DNA of 63,747 bases, counting the filler, from Octopus bimaculoides (lineage: Eukaryota), in NCBI RefSeq assembly GCF_001194135.2. It is 8 parts of 8 records of this genome, joined end to end, with 100 filler letters (N's around TTAATTAATTAA, not from the genome) between each part and the next. Parts side by side here need not be neighbours in the genome. Positions count along the whole stretch, not along the records: positions 1 to 9,356 come from NC_068986.1; positions 9,457 to 25,254 come from NC_068995.1; 6 more parts are not named here. One strand, given 5' to 3'. The notes under the pieces are model-generated. The model did not search any database. It was given only the letters and a program-made list of their open reading frames with translations, and had not been told where the DNA came from. Positions 1 through 14,125 of the stretch are shown in pieces. The stretch's first letter is position 1. Each line of letters starts with the position of its first letter. Position numbers and translations under genes: made by a program.

Positions 1-12
1 ATATATATACAT

Positions 13-51
<39 letters not shown>

Positions 52-59
52 CGTTTTTT

Positions 60-900
60 TTTTTGTGTGTAATACTTGAGCGTTCGAAGCTGTTGAATTT
101 GTTCCTCTGTATAAGATTTATATTCTAAATTATTCGACTCAGTTGGAGCCGTTCTGTTTATGCATTGTATTTGTCTTATACTTAATGAAACTGTTTGATG
201 ATTTCTAAATTAACCAACAGCGTTCTTGTTTTCCTTACTACAACAACATCTCTATTTAGTAATTCTGTTTAAATTTGGAAGTTCATTCTACTTTCTTAAT
301 GTTTAATTAATGCCTTGATTTTCAGAAATTTTGACAATTGTTTAGCCCGATCAGTTCTCTTGAGATAAGTTGCTGCCATACTTTAGAACAATGAGATTTA
401 AGTTTGATTTGATATTTTTTTCCCACTCAAACTCATAAGAATCTTTCTCTATACACTTTCAAGTAAGGTTTCCACTAATTGTAGTTCTGTTTATATTTTG
501 TGTCATAATGTAATAATGTTCATAAATTTAGATTTCCTGACATTGCAGCAGTTATAAGAATTTGTGATAATACTTTAGCATGCGGTCTACTGCAGAATCT
601 ATAGTCTACGCTGTGAAATACCCTGATCTGGGATAGGCTTAGGAAATTCCAGATTGAAAATTTAGAATACCAAAGTGCACAAGAACTGTTGTTCTTCGTG
701 AACTTTCCCAGTAAATTATACCTGTACAAGATTTTGGGAGTGATAATTATAATCTTCAAATTTTCCTGTTAGTTTGACATTTTAATTTACTTCCTCATCC
801 TCTAATTATCAACTTATATCGAGAAACCTTCTCAACAATAACTCTGTAATTATTGACGGATCAGATACCCGAGCATACTGTCAGAACATCCATAAAAAAG
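60..900 (-). mobile_element. Heavily decayed LINE (possibly CR1 endonuclease region)
   Basis: Only weak remnants: MSGNLNL resembles MGDFNL, and TRTLLVNLEIIK resembles TLDL.FTN..II. Many stops. Confidence 0.25.
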
Positions 901-946
901 AATTAATCGACGGTAGCGTTAGTATATCAGAATATAGCCATTTTAT

Positions 947-1168
947 AAGGCGGCGAGTTGGCAGAAACGTTAGCACGCCGGGCGAGATCCTTAGCGGTAT
1001 TTCGGCTGTCTTTACGCTCTGAGTTCAAATTTCGCCGAGGTCGACTTTGACCTTCATCCTTTCGGTGTCGATAAATTAAGTGCCAGTTGCGTACTGGAGT
1101 CGATCTAATCAACTGACCCCCTCCCCCAAAATTTCGGGTCTTGTTCCCAGAGTAGAAAAAAATATAGC
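947..1168 (+). mobile_element. tRNA-derived SINE, family A (near full length)
   Basis: aaggcggcgag.tggcagaa.cgttagc.cgccgg...gagttcaaatt.cgccgaggtcgac...ccctccccc. Further copies lie at ~8310-8510(-), 17085-17186(+), 18015-18210(-), 20740-20905(+), 21345-21490(-), 28495-28690(-), 36335-36520(-), 54025-54300(-), 56440-56600(-) and 59060-59225(-). Assignment to the named octopus OK/OR SINEs needs an alignment. Confidence 0.85.
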
Positions 1169-2084
1169 TATTTTCTAACGTTATATCCTTTCGAGTTATT
1201 TCCATAGTCAGCCACTTTTTCACCTTTTACTTATTTCAGTTATTAGACTGTGGCCATCCTGGGGGCAACGCCTTGAAGAATTGTATTCGAACAAATCGAG
1301 CCCAGCACTAATGAATTTTTTAAGCCTGATACTTATTCTATCTGTTTCTTTTGCCGAACTGGGTGACATGGACATAAACATACCAACACCGGTTGCAAAG
1401 CTGTGGTGGGGGACAAACAGACACAAAAACACACACACATAGATATATATACAACGGGCTTCTTTCAGTTTCCACTCACTGGGCCTTGACAGCACCGAAG
1501 TTATAGTATAAGATACTTGCCTAAGGTGTCACGCAGTGGGACTGATCGTGAAACGATTTCTTACCACATAGCCACTCCTAAAAGTTATTTTCAGTTTAAT
1601 TGTAAAATCACCTTAACGAACCTAGTTTTCGATAGTCGCAACGCAAGATATAATTCGCTAAGGTGCAGTGGCAAATGTGATTTCTTTAGTGATTTCATTT
1701 AGGTTTATTAAAAGTACAAATCAGGAGTTTCCGCTGCTCATCGTAAATGGCAGTGGACACAGCAAGTCTACAAATAAAGCGGTAATGTTGATTCTTTCAA
1801 CTTAATGTGGCAGTCCCCCGAAGGGAATAATACTACTGTTGGTTTAGAATTGGAAGCTGCACCGCTTCCTTTTTATATTCAACGAGTGCCCGTTTCCCGT
1901 TTCTGTTTTATTTTCTCATATAAAATATTTTAAAATGGATGAATCTTCTAACTTTTTGCATACGGCATTTACTTTGTATATATTTTCCATTTTCAAAACT
2001 TCTTCTTTATTGCATGTTGAGAGGTGCATTTCTAAAGAAGCGCCACCGTTTCAATGCAAAATTATACAGGGTTAGGATTAGGGT

Positions 2085-2249
<165 letters not shown>

Positions 2250-5200
2250 TTTATTTCGCAACAATATGACATCATAGATGCGAAACGTTGTTCCGGAGCA
2301 GATATTCTACCAATAAATGCATTCAAACATACATCACACACTGATATGAGTGAGCATTTGCTTCACTTTTTCAAGTAACTATTTAGTAACTTATTTTACC
2401 AAATGACTGATATACTAGAACCTCTCAACGCGTAACTGTGTCATTTTCAATGATCTCCCGGCAACTCTCTATTTCGTCCATGCATCTGATATGCAATAAG
2501 TATTTACCATGTGCGTGGGTCAATATGTTAGTGTGCTTGTGAGTATATGCAGGCGCCTGTTTGAACAAGTAAAATCTGTATAGATGCGTGTGTGACTGGA
2601 TAGACTGAGGAGCTGAGGGGATGACAGTTGTTGGATAACTATATATCTGGTGCTCATAAATACTCAGTATGCAAATAAATAAAAATAAATAACAGCAGAT
2701 GGCATAGAAATGGAAAACAATCTAATGCCTGTTATTTATTTAGTTAAGGCAACAGTGAAAAGAAAACAAACTGTAGTAACTACAAACTTACCTCACACAC
2801 ACACACAAACATACATACACAGATATGCTTAGCCGTCACTCGCAAACGAGTATGACCTGATAGTTGTATGAAGCTTTTGTTAATCGTTTTAGGTAACTAT
2901 CTATGTCGTCACGAGTTGCCATAAATACTGCCTCAGTGGATAATTTCAGACATAATGGATGGTGTGATTGACTGAGGAAGAATGAGCTGTACTAGTAGCC
3001 GGCTGGTAATTGTTTTCAATTCTGTAATATGGAGCAAAAGAGAAGTAATATGCGTCGCTCAAAGATAGAACGCGCCCGGTGCAGGAATTGAACCCAGGAA
3101 ACTTTGATGATGAGGCTAACACCGCTAAAACTAAGACCATGTACACCCGTTACATGACATTATATATGTATAAGGGTAACATACGATTACACACAAACAC
3201 ACACACGCGCACCCCTACAAGTAAATGTATGTATGTATATATGTATGCACATATATACACATATATATATATAATATACATATATACATATATATAAGGA
3301 GAGAGAGAGAGAAAGAGAGAGGCACTCATGCATATATATACATACGTATACTTAATACAATATCATACATGTACATACATAGATACATATATGCATTTAT
3401 ACTTATATATATGCAAATTAATGCATATACTTATTTATTGAAGTATATAGACATATATATCTATACATATTTTTACTGTACAATTTTTATTCATGCTATG
3501 TCCCCACTGGTTCACCGTCATAGGATTAATTGTCTATTTTCTTTCTTTTCTTTTCCACTCCCAAATCCTTCTCTGAATTAGTTCAATCAAATGTTTGGAC
3601 AATGATTCTCAGTGTGATGTAGTTTCATCTAGTGTCTTACATTTACCAACGTGATCTTTTAAAGATACCCCAACTCGTCCTAGTAGGTCACCGATTTGGA
3701 GGCGAGGAAGTTATTGAAATGCGCTGAGCACTTGAACTGTAATCTTCTCGAATATTTTAATCCTTACTTTGGAAACAACTGGATTCAGTATAGTGCAGTG
3801 GCACCCAATTAGGGCTTTCGTATGTCTAATAATCCCATCGTTGAGCGCTTTTCCTTTCAAATATGTATCACTACACATCTTTCGTGCTTCCGCTCAAGGA
3901 AGTAGTAGTGCCTCAGTCTTAACAATCTCTCCCAGTAAAACACATGCTTCCCTGAGGTAATCTTGGGTTCGTTGTTAGTTAAATGCAATGCGGTGACCAT
4001 AATTAGGGGCAGTGCTCCATGTATGTAAGTATATATATATATATATATATATATATATNNNNNNNNNNNNNNNNNNNNNNNNNNNNNNNNNNNNNNNNNN
4101 NNNNNNNNNNNNNNNNNNNNNNNNNNNNNNNNNNNNNNNNNNNNNNNNNNNNNNNNNNNNNNNNNNNNNNNNNNNNNNNNNNNNNNNNNNNNNNNNNNNN
4201 NNNNNNNNNNNNNNNNNNNNNNNNNNNNNNNNNNNNNNNNNNNNNNNNNGAACATTTTTATTCATAGAAATACCGTATCATTGCCAATCAGGGCCTAAAC
4301 AGCAATTAGCTATGACAATTATACTAACACGCCACCCGCCGGTACTAACAAAATCCACCAACACTAACTCAAATAAAATTCCCTTGCCACAATCACGAGG
4401 ATCTCCAACTCCGACAACAAAAGCAGGAAGCATCACAACCACTACAAATGATATGAAAACAACCACAGAGGAACCAACACCATCGCCAACACAGACGTAC
4501 GCTGTGGAAACGCAATTCAACTTTCTATATAACAACAATCCATTATCTATTTTTCCTTCTCTCTTGATTAAATTCTTGGAATTCTAATTTATACACACTA
4601 ATTCCGAAACCAGGGTCAGCTTGAACCTTCAGTCTCTCCCCATAAGCAATCTCCACGAACTAGTCTTACCCGCTAGAATTCGTCATATCTCACACTACTT
4701 CTAAATGTCTCTTGGAACCCCCTCCAACCCGCCAACTTTAACTGAGTTCCAGTTGCTGTTGCTCACTTCATTCGGAGATGAGCTAAGCGAGCTCATCTTC
4801 AACCGCGCCACTACCAATACATCATCACTATCGCCACTTTCATCGACACCCCACCATTGTACAACCACCGCCGTTACTGCCATCGTTATGACCAGCTAAA
4901 AACACCCCTGCTTCTATGTTTAATTCTCGATATTACTTCCAACACTACCATGACAAAATGTCCACCAAAACTAAATCCGCCATCAACATACAACAGTGAC
5001 ATCTACACCGCCACCAACACCATCACTGCAACAGTAACAACTACAGCACCATTACTGCCACCACCAACACCATCGCTATAATACCACCACCATCACAACA
5101 TCACCATAACATTACCTCCGCATCATTATAGAAGTAACAACCACACACCACCGGGACCAGCACCATCACTAACAGAAACATCAACCACAGCACCACCACA

Positions 5201-5442
5201 ATCTCTAAACCAATAACAACCACCGCTACTACAACAGCAACAACCACTAGACTAGCATAAACACAAAAGGCACCACAACCACTGGCTACACTGCCAACAC
5301 AAGCATCACCACAACTTCAAACTAACCCCTGTCTCTCTACCATTCATTATTACGAAGACTACTACCACCAGCTCCCCCACAACCACCTCACTTCCACAAC
5401 CGTTAGCACCACTGCCCAGCCACAAGAAACAATAATTTTTCA

Positions 5443-5563
5443 TTAATATACGAAGCTGCCAAACCAAGATTGTTCCGCCTGTTTACAGTGGTGCCAGTCA
5501 AAAGAAATATCGCTTTCTCTAATGACTTCGCCCAAACATGGCTGCCCTATAACATTTCTTCCT
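5443..5563 (-). CDS. Speculative terminal coding exon (GRNVIGQPCLGEVIRESDISFDWHHCKQAEQSWFGSFVY*)
   Basis: Acceptor tcttttgtttccag|. The only long open frame needs phase 2, matching the 6807 donor. Stop TAA at 5443-5445. Confidence 0.35.
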
Positions 5564-5685
5564 CTGGAAACAAAAGAGTTACAGCTTTAGTTGTTCCAGG
5601 TGTAATAATAATATATTGGTCAACTTGACAATTTCATCTGATTTCTTATTCCAATTCTCATACACTCGCTTTCCTTCTCACTTTC

Positions 5686-5733
<48 letters not shown>

Positions 5734-6502
5734 NNNNNNNNNNNNNNNNNNNNNNNNNNNNNNNNNNNNNNNNNNNNNNNNNNNNNNNNNNNNNNNNNNN
5801 NNNNNNNNNNNNNNNNNNNNNNNNNNNNNNNNNNNNNNNNNNNNNNNNNNNNNNNNNNNNNNNNNNNNNNNNNNNNNNNNNNNNNNNNNNNNNNNNNNNN
5901 NNNNNNNNNNNNNNNNNNNNNNNNNNNNNNNNNNNNNNNNNNNNNNNNNNNNNNNNNNNNNNNNNNNNNNNNNNNNNNNNNNNNNNNNNNNNNNNNNNNN
6001 NNNNNNNNNNNNNNNNNNNNNNNNNNNNNNNNNNNNNNNNNNNNNNNNNNNNNNNNNNNNNNNNNNNNNNNNNNNNNNNNNNNNNNNNNNNNNNNNNNNN
6101 NNNNNNNNNNNNNNNNNNNNNNNNNNNNNNNNNNNNNNNNNNNNNNNNNNNNNNNNNNNNNNNNNNNNNNNNNNNNNNNNNNNNNNNNNNNNNNNNNNNN
6201 NNNNNNNNNNNNNNNNNNNNNNNNNNNNNNNNNNNNNNNNNNNNNNNNNNNNNNNNNNNNNNNNNNNNNNNNNNNNNNNNNNNNNNNNNNNNNNNNNNNN
6301 NNNNNNNNNNNNNNNNNNNNNNNNNNNNNNNNNNNNNNNNNNNNNNNNNNNNNNNNNNNNNNNNNNNNNNNNNNNNNNNNNNNNNNNNNNNNNNNNNNNN
6401 NNNNNNNNNNNNNNNNNNNNNNNNNNNNNNNNNNNNNNNNNNNNNNNNNNNNNNNNNNNNNNNNNNNNNNNNNNNNNNNNNNNNNNNNNNNNNNNNNNNN
6501 NN

Positions 6503-6536
<34 letters not shown>

Positions 6537-6806
6537 CACAAACATATATATATATATATACATATATATACATATATACATGCATACACACATATACACA
6601 AACATAATTGCTTGCGTCTTTCGCTCTTTTATCACATACTATCTATTTCGTTCACCCACTCTATTTCCCTACCCACCACCACACTCTCCATGTCTCTCTT
6701 CTCTCTCTCTTTCTCCTTCTTTCTTCTCGCTGTGGCCACCATAACTGTATGTTTTTCTCTTTATTCTTTCACTTAAATCACAACACTTGTCTTTCTCTCA
6801 CCTCAC

Positions 6807-6864
6807 CCGATCAATATGATGAAGAACGGCGGTCTATCTAAATTGAACCTAACTCTCTTATAAT
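6807..6864 (-). CDS. Speculative exon (D-YKRVRFNLDRPPFFIILI-G)
   Basis: Long polypyrimidine tract ending ttgtttctttag| and donor CGG|gtgagg. Only one of three frames is open. 58 nt, phase 1 to 2. Confidence 0.4.
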
Positions 6865-7184
6865 CTAAAGAAACAAACAAATTGGAAAAAAGAAAGAAGA
6901 ACGAGAAAAATGTTACAAGACAAGACAAGCAAGAGTAACGAATGAAACAAAATAGCCAGCCTCTATCTTGCCACAACCGACAACCCGAAAGAAATTTTTA
7001 TCGTATTCACGCCAACGTGCTGGGGTCATTTACTAAAGTGAAATGAAATATAAGCGTGAGCCTATAAACGTCCGATTCGACACCATCACTGGCCCCTGCA
7101 GGTTTGATCGGACGGTGTCGCTGCCACCGACACCACTATACGAGACCATAGGCAGAATCAATTTAAAGTGTATCCAAAATTACT

Positions 7185-7347
7185 CTCATCATCATCATCA
7201 TTGTTATATTAGTCATCGTCGTCGTCGTCGTCGTCGTCATCATCGTCATCATCACCATCACCATCACCATCAGCATTTTTATCCTCATAACTATTTCCGG
7301 ATTTTTTTTATTTTTATGTGCGTGTTTTCCTTTTGCCTTTCGTCCTT

Positions 7348-7389
<42 letters not shown>

Positions 7390-7538
7390 TTCATCACCTC
7401 CATAACCATTCTCCTAGCTTTTCCTCATCACCACTTGCAACATCATCCTCATCACCAGAATCTTCGTGCTGGTCGTCATCGTCATCATCACCATCACCAT
7501 TATCATCAACATCGTCGCCGTCGTCGTCGACGTCGTCG

Positions 7539-7614
<76 letters not shown>

Positions 7615-7760
7615 TAGCCATCATCAACTACATCATCATAGCCATCACAAGCATCATCGCTATCATCCCCGTCGTCACTATCGTCATTGATTTGATTTCA
7701 TTTTTCGTTGTCACTGTCATCATTCTCACCACCATGATCTTTATTTCTGTCATCACCATC
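7185..7760. repeat. Degenerate (CAT/CGT/CAC)n trinucleotide tract
   Basis: Read directly; it explains the poly-H, poly-D, poly-M and poly-I ORFs. Confidence 0.93.
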
Positions 7761-8949
7761 ATTACTGTGACGCCGAATAACGTCACATTAAGAAGTAACA
7801 ACAACAACAACATTCTCAATATACAAATATACAAAAATATGATATACTACTACCGAAACTACTACTCATACTGTTATCGGTGACTGCATCACAACCACCG
7901 AGGATACGACTACCAACGTCAACAGCAGTCAGCACAATTTGTATCCTGCACTAATTACTGTAACACTCATTTCAACACTAATTAATAGATTTAATCTTCA
8001 GGTGTCTATGTTTGTTCCCCTACCTTCGCTTGACAACCGATGTTGGTGTGCTTACGGCAAAAACGACCGATAGATACTAGGCTTACAAAAATAAGCCCTG
8101 CGGTCGATTGGTTCGACTTAAAGGCGGTGCTCCAGCATGGCCGCTGTCGAATGACTGAAGCAATGAAAGAAAAGAATACATTCGAATGACCAACAATTTT
8201 ATTTCCTCTTAAATGAATCACAACCTCGACAATATCTTAGAAAACCACCATAAATTAGACAAGCTCAGCCAAAAACTCTCACAAGTACCACATTTACGAT
8301 TTCTATATCTTAAATGATAACAACCAGTGCAATATTGATTTCAAATTTTTGCACAATGCCTGCAATTTCTGAAGAGGATCAAGTCGATTACATCGACGCC
8401 ACTGCTCAAATCGTACTTATTTTATCGATCTCGAAAGGATGAAAGGCAAATTCGACCGCGGTGGAATTTAAACTCAGAAAATAAAGAAGGACGAAATACC
8501 GCCCTAATTAACCAGTAAAATATTAATGACTATCGTATGTTATACAACCCCAAAGATGACCACACCAACAACTATCCTACGAAGGACCACCATAACCACC
8601 ACTACTCCTATCTCTGCTCTGTGTTACACCAGCACGATAAACGCCTCTCTAACTACAACTCTTTGTTAGACCATCACAAAGTTAACCATAAGAGTCACTC
8701 AACCAGCTAATCTTAACAAGCGTATCTCTCTCAAATTACATAGAACAAACTTTAAGAAAAAGGAAATATATTACATAATGTAGACAAATGTGTTGAAAAG
8801 GATGGGATATTCATAGGTGGAGCGCTTTTGATCATTGGTTTTTTCGGTCAGCGCTGATCTTAGGATCTACAGTATCGTAAACCACAACAACCATTATCAT
8901 TTTTATTACCACTACTTCCATAGAACGCAAACAACTCTACAACTAATTT

Positions 8950-9310
8950 TGGGGCAGCGGACACGCGGTCATAGGATCGCGGTTTCGATTCCCAGACAGG
9001 GTGTTGTGAGTGTTTATTGAGGGAAAACACCTAAAGTTCCACGAGGCTCCAGCAGGGTATGGAGGCGAACCCTGCTGTACTCTTCCCCCACAACTTTCTC
9101 TCACTCTTACTTCCTGTTTCTGTTGTGCCTGTAATTCAAAGGGTCAGCCTTGTCACACTGTGTCACGCTGACTATCCAGGAGAACTTCGTTAAGGGTACA
9201 CGTGTCTGTGGAGTGCTCGGCCACTTGCACGTTAATTTCACGAGCAGGCTGTTCCTTTGATCGGATCAAATGGAACCCTCGACGTCGTAAGCGACGGAGT
9301 GCCAACAACA
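8950..9310 (+). mobile_element. tRNA-derived SINE, family C (near full length)
   Basis: Head gggcagcggac.cgcggtcataggatcgcggtttcgattcccagac and tail ...gacgtcgtaagcgacggagtgccaac(aac)n. Other copies lie at ~35445-35790(-), 55640-55820(-), 60355-60490(-), 60900-61260(-) and 62110-62360(-). Confidence 0.85.
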
Positions 9311-9400
9311 ACAACATAGTGTGTGTATGTGTGTGTGTGTGTACGTGTGTGTGTAGNNNNNNNNNNNNNNNNNNNNNNNNNNNNNNNNNNNNNNNNNNNN

Positions 9401-9412
9401 TTAATTAATTAA
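9401..9412. other. Artificial scaffold-join spacer TTAATTAATTAA inside N gaps (stops in all six frames)
   Basis: An identical 12-mer sits within ~100-N gaps at 9401, 25299, 35258, 43152, 50816, 57236 and 61428. Confidence 0.92.
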
Positions 9413-9540
9413 NNNNNNNNNNNNNNNNNNNNNNNNNNNNNNNNNNNNNNNNNNNNTATATATATATATATATATACAGACAGACACGAACACACACATC
9501 TGTAAATTTATACACATCTATCTATCTATCTATCTATCTA

Positions 9541-9581
<41 letters not shown>

Positions 9582-10058
9582 ATGTACATTTATACATATT
9601 CGAATGTCTACACAGGAATGTGGTGTGCGCGTTTGTGTGTGTGTGTGTGTCTGTGTGTGTTGTATTTTAATTCGAAATGAATTTTCTTGGTTTCCATGGT
9701 TAAACAAAGAACTAGCAGATTAATGACGATAAAATGAACAAGAAAAAGAAATTGGTACAACAGCAATATGACGTCAACACTAATCACAGATGAGCTAATA
9801 GGTAGAAACACGCACGCATATACACAAACACACACACACATACACACACACACACGCATACCAGATTATATTTTCAAATTGAATAATGACGGAGTCAGAT
9901 ACGAGAGATCTCCAGAGAAGTATTGTTTTAAGCATGTTATGTAAATAGGCATGCGCATACATATACATATTTGTGTATACATACGCATTAGCATAAATAT
10001 GCATACACACACACACACAAATGTTTGGTGGGATAGTCTAGATAGACATATGTATGTG

Positions 10059-10101
<43 letters not shown>

Positions 10102-13100
10102 TAGTTTATGTATATATTAATATTATCTTAGTTTAAAAAAACCATTCACAATGTAAATATATTAATAGTTACCATGGGTAGCAAAAATTACACAAAAAAT
10201 CAGGATATCACACCCGTTTTATAGGTAGAGATACCAAGCTGAAGTGATACATTTTGAGTAGATATGAATAATAACAATAAATGGAGCAACACGCATATAA
10301 TTAAAAGTTCCTTTAATTCCTACACATGTTTCAAAATATATGTGTGCTCTCCTCCAAAGAAGTAAGAGCTGTTGGAATTCCACATATATTCATCGTTAAG
10401 GAATCAACATGTAAAAGCAAGACAAATGCGAATACACACACACACGCACACACACACNNNNNNNNNNNNNNNNNNNNNNNNNNNNNNNNNNNNNNNNNNN
10501 NNNNNNNNNNNNNNNNNNNNNNNNNNNNNNNNNNNNNNNNNNNNNNNNNNNNNNNNNNNNNNNNNNNNNNNNNNNNNNNNNNNNNNNNNNNNNNNNNNNN
10601 NNNNNNNNNNNNNNTAATGTATTTCCGAAAATATATGTTAACCCAGTGTTATCAAGGCGATCCAAAATTAGTGGATTTCAAATTTAGTATATGTATGTAT
10701 GTATGTATGTATGCGTGTGTGTATGTATGTATGTATGTATGTATGCATGCATGTGTATGCATTGGATTTTTCTTAGGTTTTCTAATGCATCATGTATTAT
10801 GTTTAGATTTCAATTATTCAATTACAGCACACAGATTAGTCTTCCGTTTCAACTAAGTTATTTTTTTATGCGATTGGTTTAAACAACCATTTACTTCAAG
10901 TCGAGGAATGATGAGTCCTCTGTTTATCTGAGGTGAAAACAGCAGACCATGAAAAAAATTAGAACAATCTCCTTTATTTTTCCGTGTCTGAAGAGAACTA
11001 CGAAATGAATTTATATCTGTTTCAATTCCGACAACAGGTTTAAAATCGGTAGATAGATTATTTGAAGTTTACTATACATTTTCTAATACATTATATTATG
11101 CAGACAAATTTAATTATATATACCTGTGCATTTTTGCGTATGTGCGTATGTTACACAGTCAGACGAACTGATAGAAACATACACACACAATAGTAGAGAT
11201 AAGATCAAATACAAAGTAAAACGATCAGTTCAGGAAAGAAACTTCTTAAATAAATATATAAAGCTTCCAAACTTGGAAATCTACTCAAGACGCGGTAAAG
11301 AAATTTCCGGTGAAATACCACGGAAACGGTAAACTATTCTGTAATAACTGGCTAGATATAGTGAGATATTGGATACACCTCTGGCACACTGTGCCAAATG
11401 TGGCACTTATTCACATGATTTCTCTTTAGAATGTCTATATTTAATATTAGAAAGTGAAAAATATGCCAGCAGCTTGTCATCACTGAGAACTTTACAGCAT
11501 TGTAACATTTGCCCTTGTGAGATTTATACCTAGATACGGTTGTAAAGATAGATATATTTATAGATAGATATGTTTATAGGTAGATATGGTTGCATAGATA
11601 GATATACTTATATATAGTAAGTAGTAGTGGTAATAGTTGGTTTGATTGTAAAATTTGTAATGGTGGTAGGGATAATGTTTCTGGTGGTGGTGGTAGTAGT
11701 AGTAGCTGTTGTTTTTAACAATCAGCGTCTATGATATGGGAAGCGTTAAACTACTCGCAGCATAACTTATATAACATATACGCTGTACGGTATTTCTTGC
11801 GTGTATAATTAGACATACGACAGCTTCTGTTGAATTTAAAGCTCCACGCAAGTTATCATAATCTATTCTACTTTCAGTAAAATGGTGTCATTACTACTGT
11901 CCGACGAAAAACAGCTCAAGGCCTGGCCACGGCATGGCCCCGGCATGGCCGCATTCCATCGACTGGACCAAATAAAAGATAAGTGCCAGGAGTTAAAAAG
12001 ATTCAAGCTGTGAACATGCCGTAGTTTTGTATAGAAACGTATCTCAAGGACTACATTATTCAGCGTAGCACGCAATGCTTTTAGCCGAGAGGACGTAGTC
12101 GGTGGGTGATTTGCAGCTATTTCAATCAGTTGCAGTCACTAAGTGGAAGATCTCTTGCTGGATCGATTCTATGAAAAGAGTAATTGTATACTGCAAATGG
12201 GAAATTGGAATGAATCCTCATAAATACAAAACACCCTCTATAGTTAAACAAGTTCTACTTGAGAATTCTACGCCAGGAAAGAAGACTGTTGATGTTGCTG
12301 TAATGATTTCGATCTTCTAACGGAAGTCACATTTAGTTGGGTTTAATAGAAATCAAAAATACAAGAAGTTTCCTTGGCATTAATTGTTTCTTTGACTCCA
12401 CCTTACATCAGACTCGTCTCTATTCATTTCCAAGTGTTTTCTTTCTTTTTTCTTTTTCCGAATCTGTGAAGCTTCCGTATTGGATGATTTTAGTGAAAGT
12501 TAGACCAAGAATTGTTTTAAATGTTTCGTGAAGATTTATTCTTTGCATTTACTTGTTTCAGTCATTGGACTGCAGCCATGCTGCCAAACACACTTCAAGT
12601 GTTAGTCCATTGAATCAAATCTAGTGCTTATAAATAAATTTAGATCATTCTATCGGTCTCTTTTATTTGTCGAAACGCTAAGATACGGAGATTAACAAAC
12701 ACTGATTGTGAAGCTGTGGGTGAGGAAACAAAGGCAAATGTAGACAAACATGAATATATATACGAAGAGGTTCCACACAGTTTCCGTCTAATAAAGTCAC
12801 TCACAATGCATTGGTCAAGTGGGGCGACATCAGAAGAAACCTGCCTAAAATGGCACAGAGTGAAATCGTGAAATCTCGTGGCTAGAAAGACAATTTCTAT
12901 ACATAGCCCTGAGTGGGCCTAATAATATAAAAACATATCTTTAAAACAATATTCTAGGAAGAACTGACGAGACTCATTATTCAGTGTGTGTGTTTGTGTG
13001 TGTCACTTTGTGAGTTAGTTCGAGATTGAGTAGCAGCACCTTGAAATGTTGTGGGGTAGTCTCAGTAAGCGGCGTTGATTAAATACTTGCAGCAGAGTAA

Positions 13101-13329
13101 ACCGCAATGAAGCGTCGTAGTGGGGCCACTGTCAGTTCCGGTTAGTTTAATCACACCATTATGAATATGAAACTACTGTCATTAGGAATGCTGCACCTAG
13201 AAATGGGGTGGTAGATATGGTAAAAACCTCTTATTTTAATCAGTAACATAATAGAGAAAGTAATAGATTGTAAAAAGGCCGATACGAACGTGTGAACTAA
13301 AATGATTCAGGATGCAGAAAACAAGTGAT

Positions 13330-13745
13330 TAAAGGAAGCGTTTGAGGGAGGACATTCGTCGAAAGCGACCGGATTTGTGGAGAGCAAAGAATTGAATTCT
13401 TCATGACGATAATGCACTCCGTCACCGAACTCTCCCCGCTTGTGAGTTTCTTGCCCGCCCCCAAAGCACACGCCCTATTGGCTACGTTTAGTATCTACGG
13501 ACTTTCATTTGTTTCCCGAGACAAAAAGGCCGCTCAAAGGTTACCGTTTTAACAGTTGTCGATATCCAGAGTGGATCATAGAAAGTCCTCGACTTGCTTA
13601 TGTAAAACGATTTCCGGGCCGGATTCGAAAGGTGGCAGGAACGCTTGGACCTGCGTAATACTGCGTGAGGTAACTATTCTAAAGGAGATGATGTTAAAAC
13701 TTAGGCGAATAAGTTATTTTCTATTAGGTATTACTACTCATAAAA
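13330..13745 (+). mobile_element. Decayed mariner transposase C-terminal relic with internal deletion
   Basis: KRLREDIRRKRPDLWRAKN*ILHDDNA (second catalytic D motif) at ~13336-13410, and FRAGFERWQERLD...GNYSKGD (C-terminus) at ~13611-13690. Confidence 0.8.
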
Positions 13746-14035
13746 CTTGGTTGTGTGGTAAGGCGTTTGCTTTGCAACTGCATCGATTCCGGTTCAGTGT
13801 CGTTGCTTAGTGACTTGAGCAAGTGATTTTACCATGGCTGTAGGCCGACCAAAGGCTTGTGAGTGAATTCGAGAGAGGGAAATTGAAAGAAGCCCGTCGT
13901 GTCTATGTACCTGTGTGGTATTTAAAACAAATTTTTAAAACAAGATTCTAAAAAGAAATAAAGTAGTCCTTACTGTATGTGCATTTGTGTGTATGTGTTT
14001 GTGTGCGTGTGTATGTGTGTGGTGTGTAATATGTG

Positions 14036-14076
<41 letters not shown>

Positions 14077-14086
14077 NNNNNNNNNN

Positions 14087-14125
<39 letters not shown>

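Noticed and set aside
4776-4798. 9-bp hairpin agatgagct-aagcg-agctcatct (also short palindromes at ~11382 and ~57863)
   Set aside because: Too short to exceed chance expectation convincingly in 64 kb.
5616-6776. Long ORFs spanning N-runs (also at ~23.2-24.2, 26.1-26.9, 28.7-29.8, 37.4-38.6, 41.4-42.3 and 59.4-60.4 kb)
   Set aside because: They are open only because N codons are not stops; the flanks are microsatellites.
7043-7690. His-, Asp- and Met-rich ORFs
   Set aside because: They come from the (CAT)n microsatellite.
9401-9412. Recurrent TTAATTAATTAA palindrome
   Set aside because: It is always centred in N gaps, so it is an assembly spacer and not biological.
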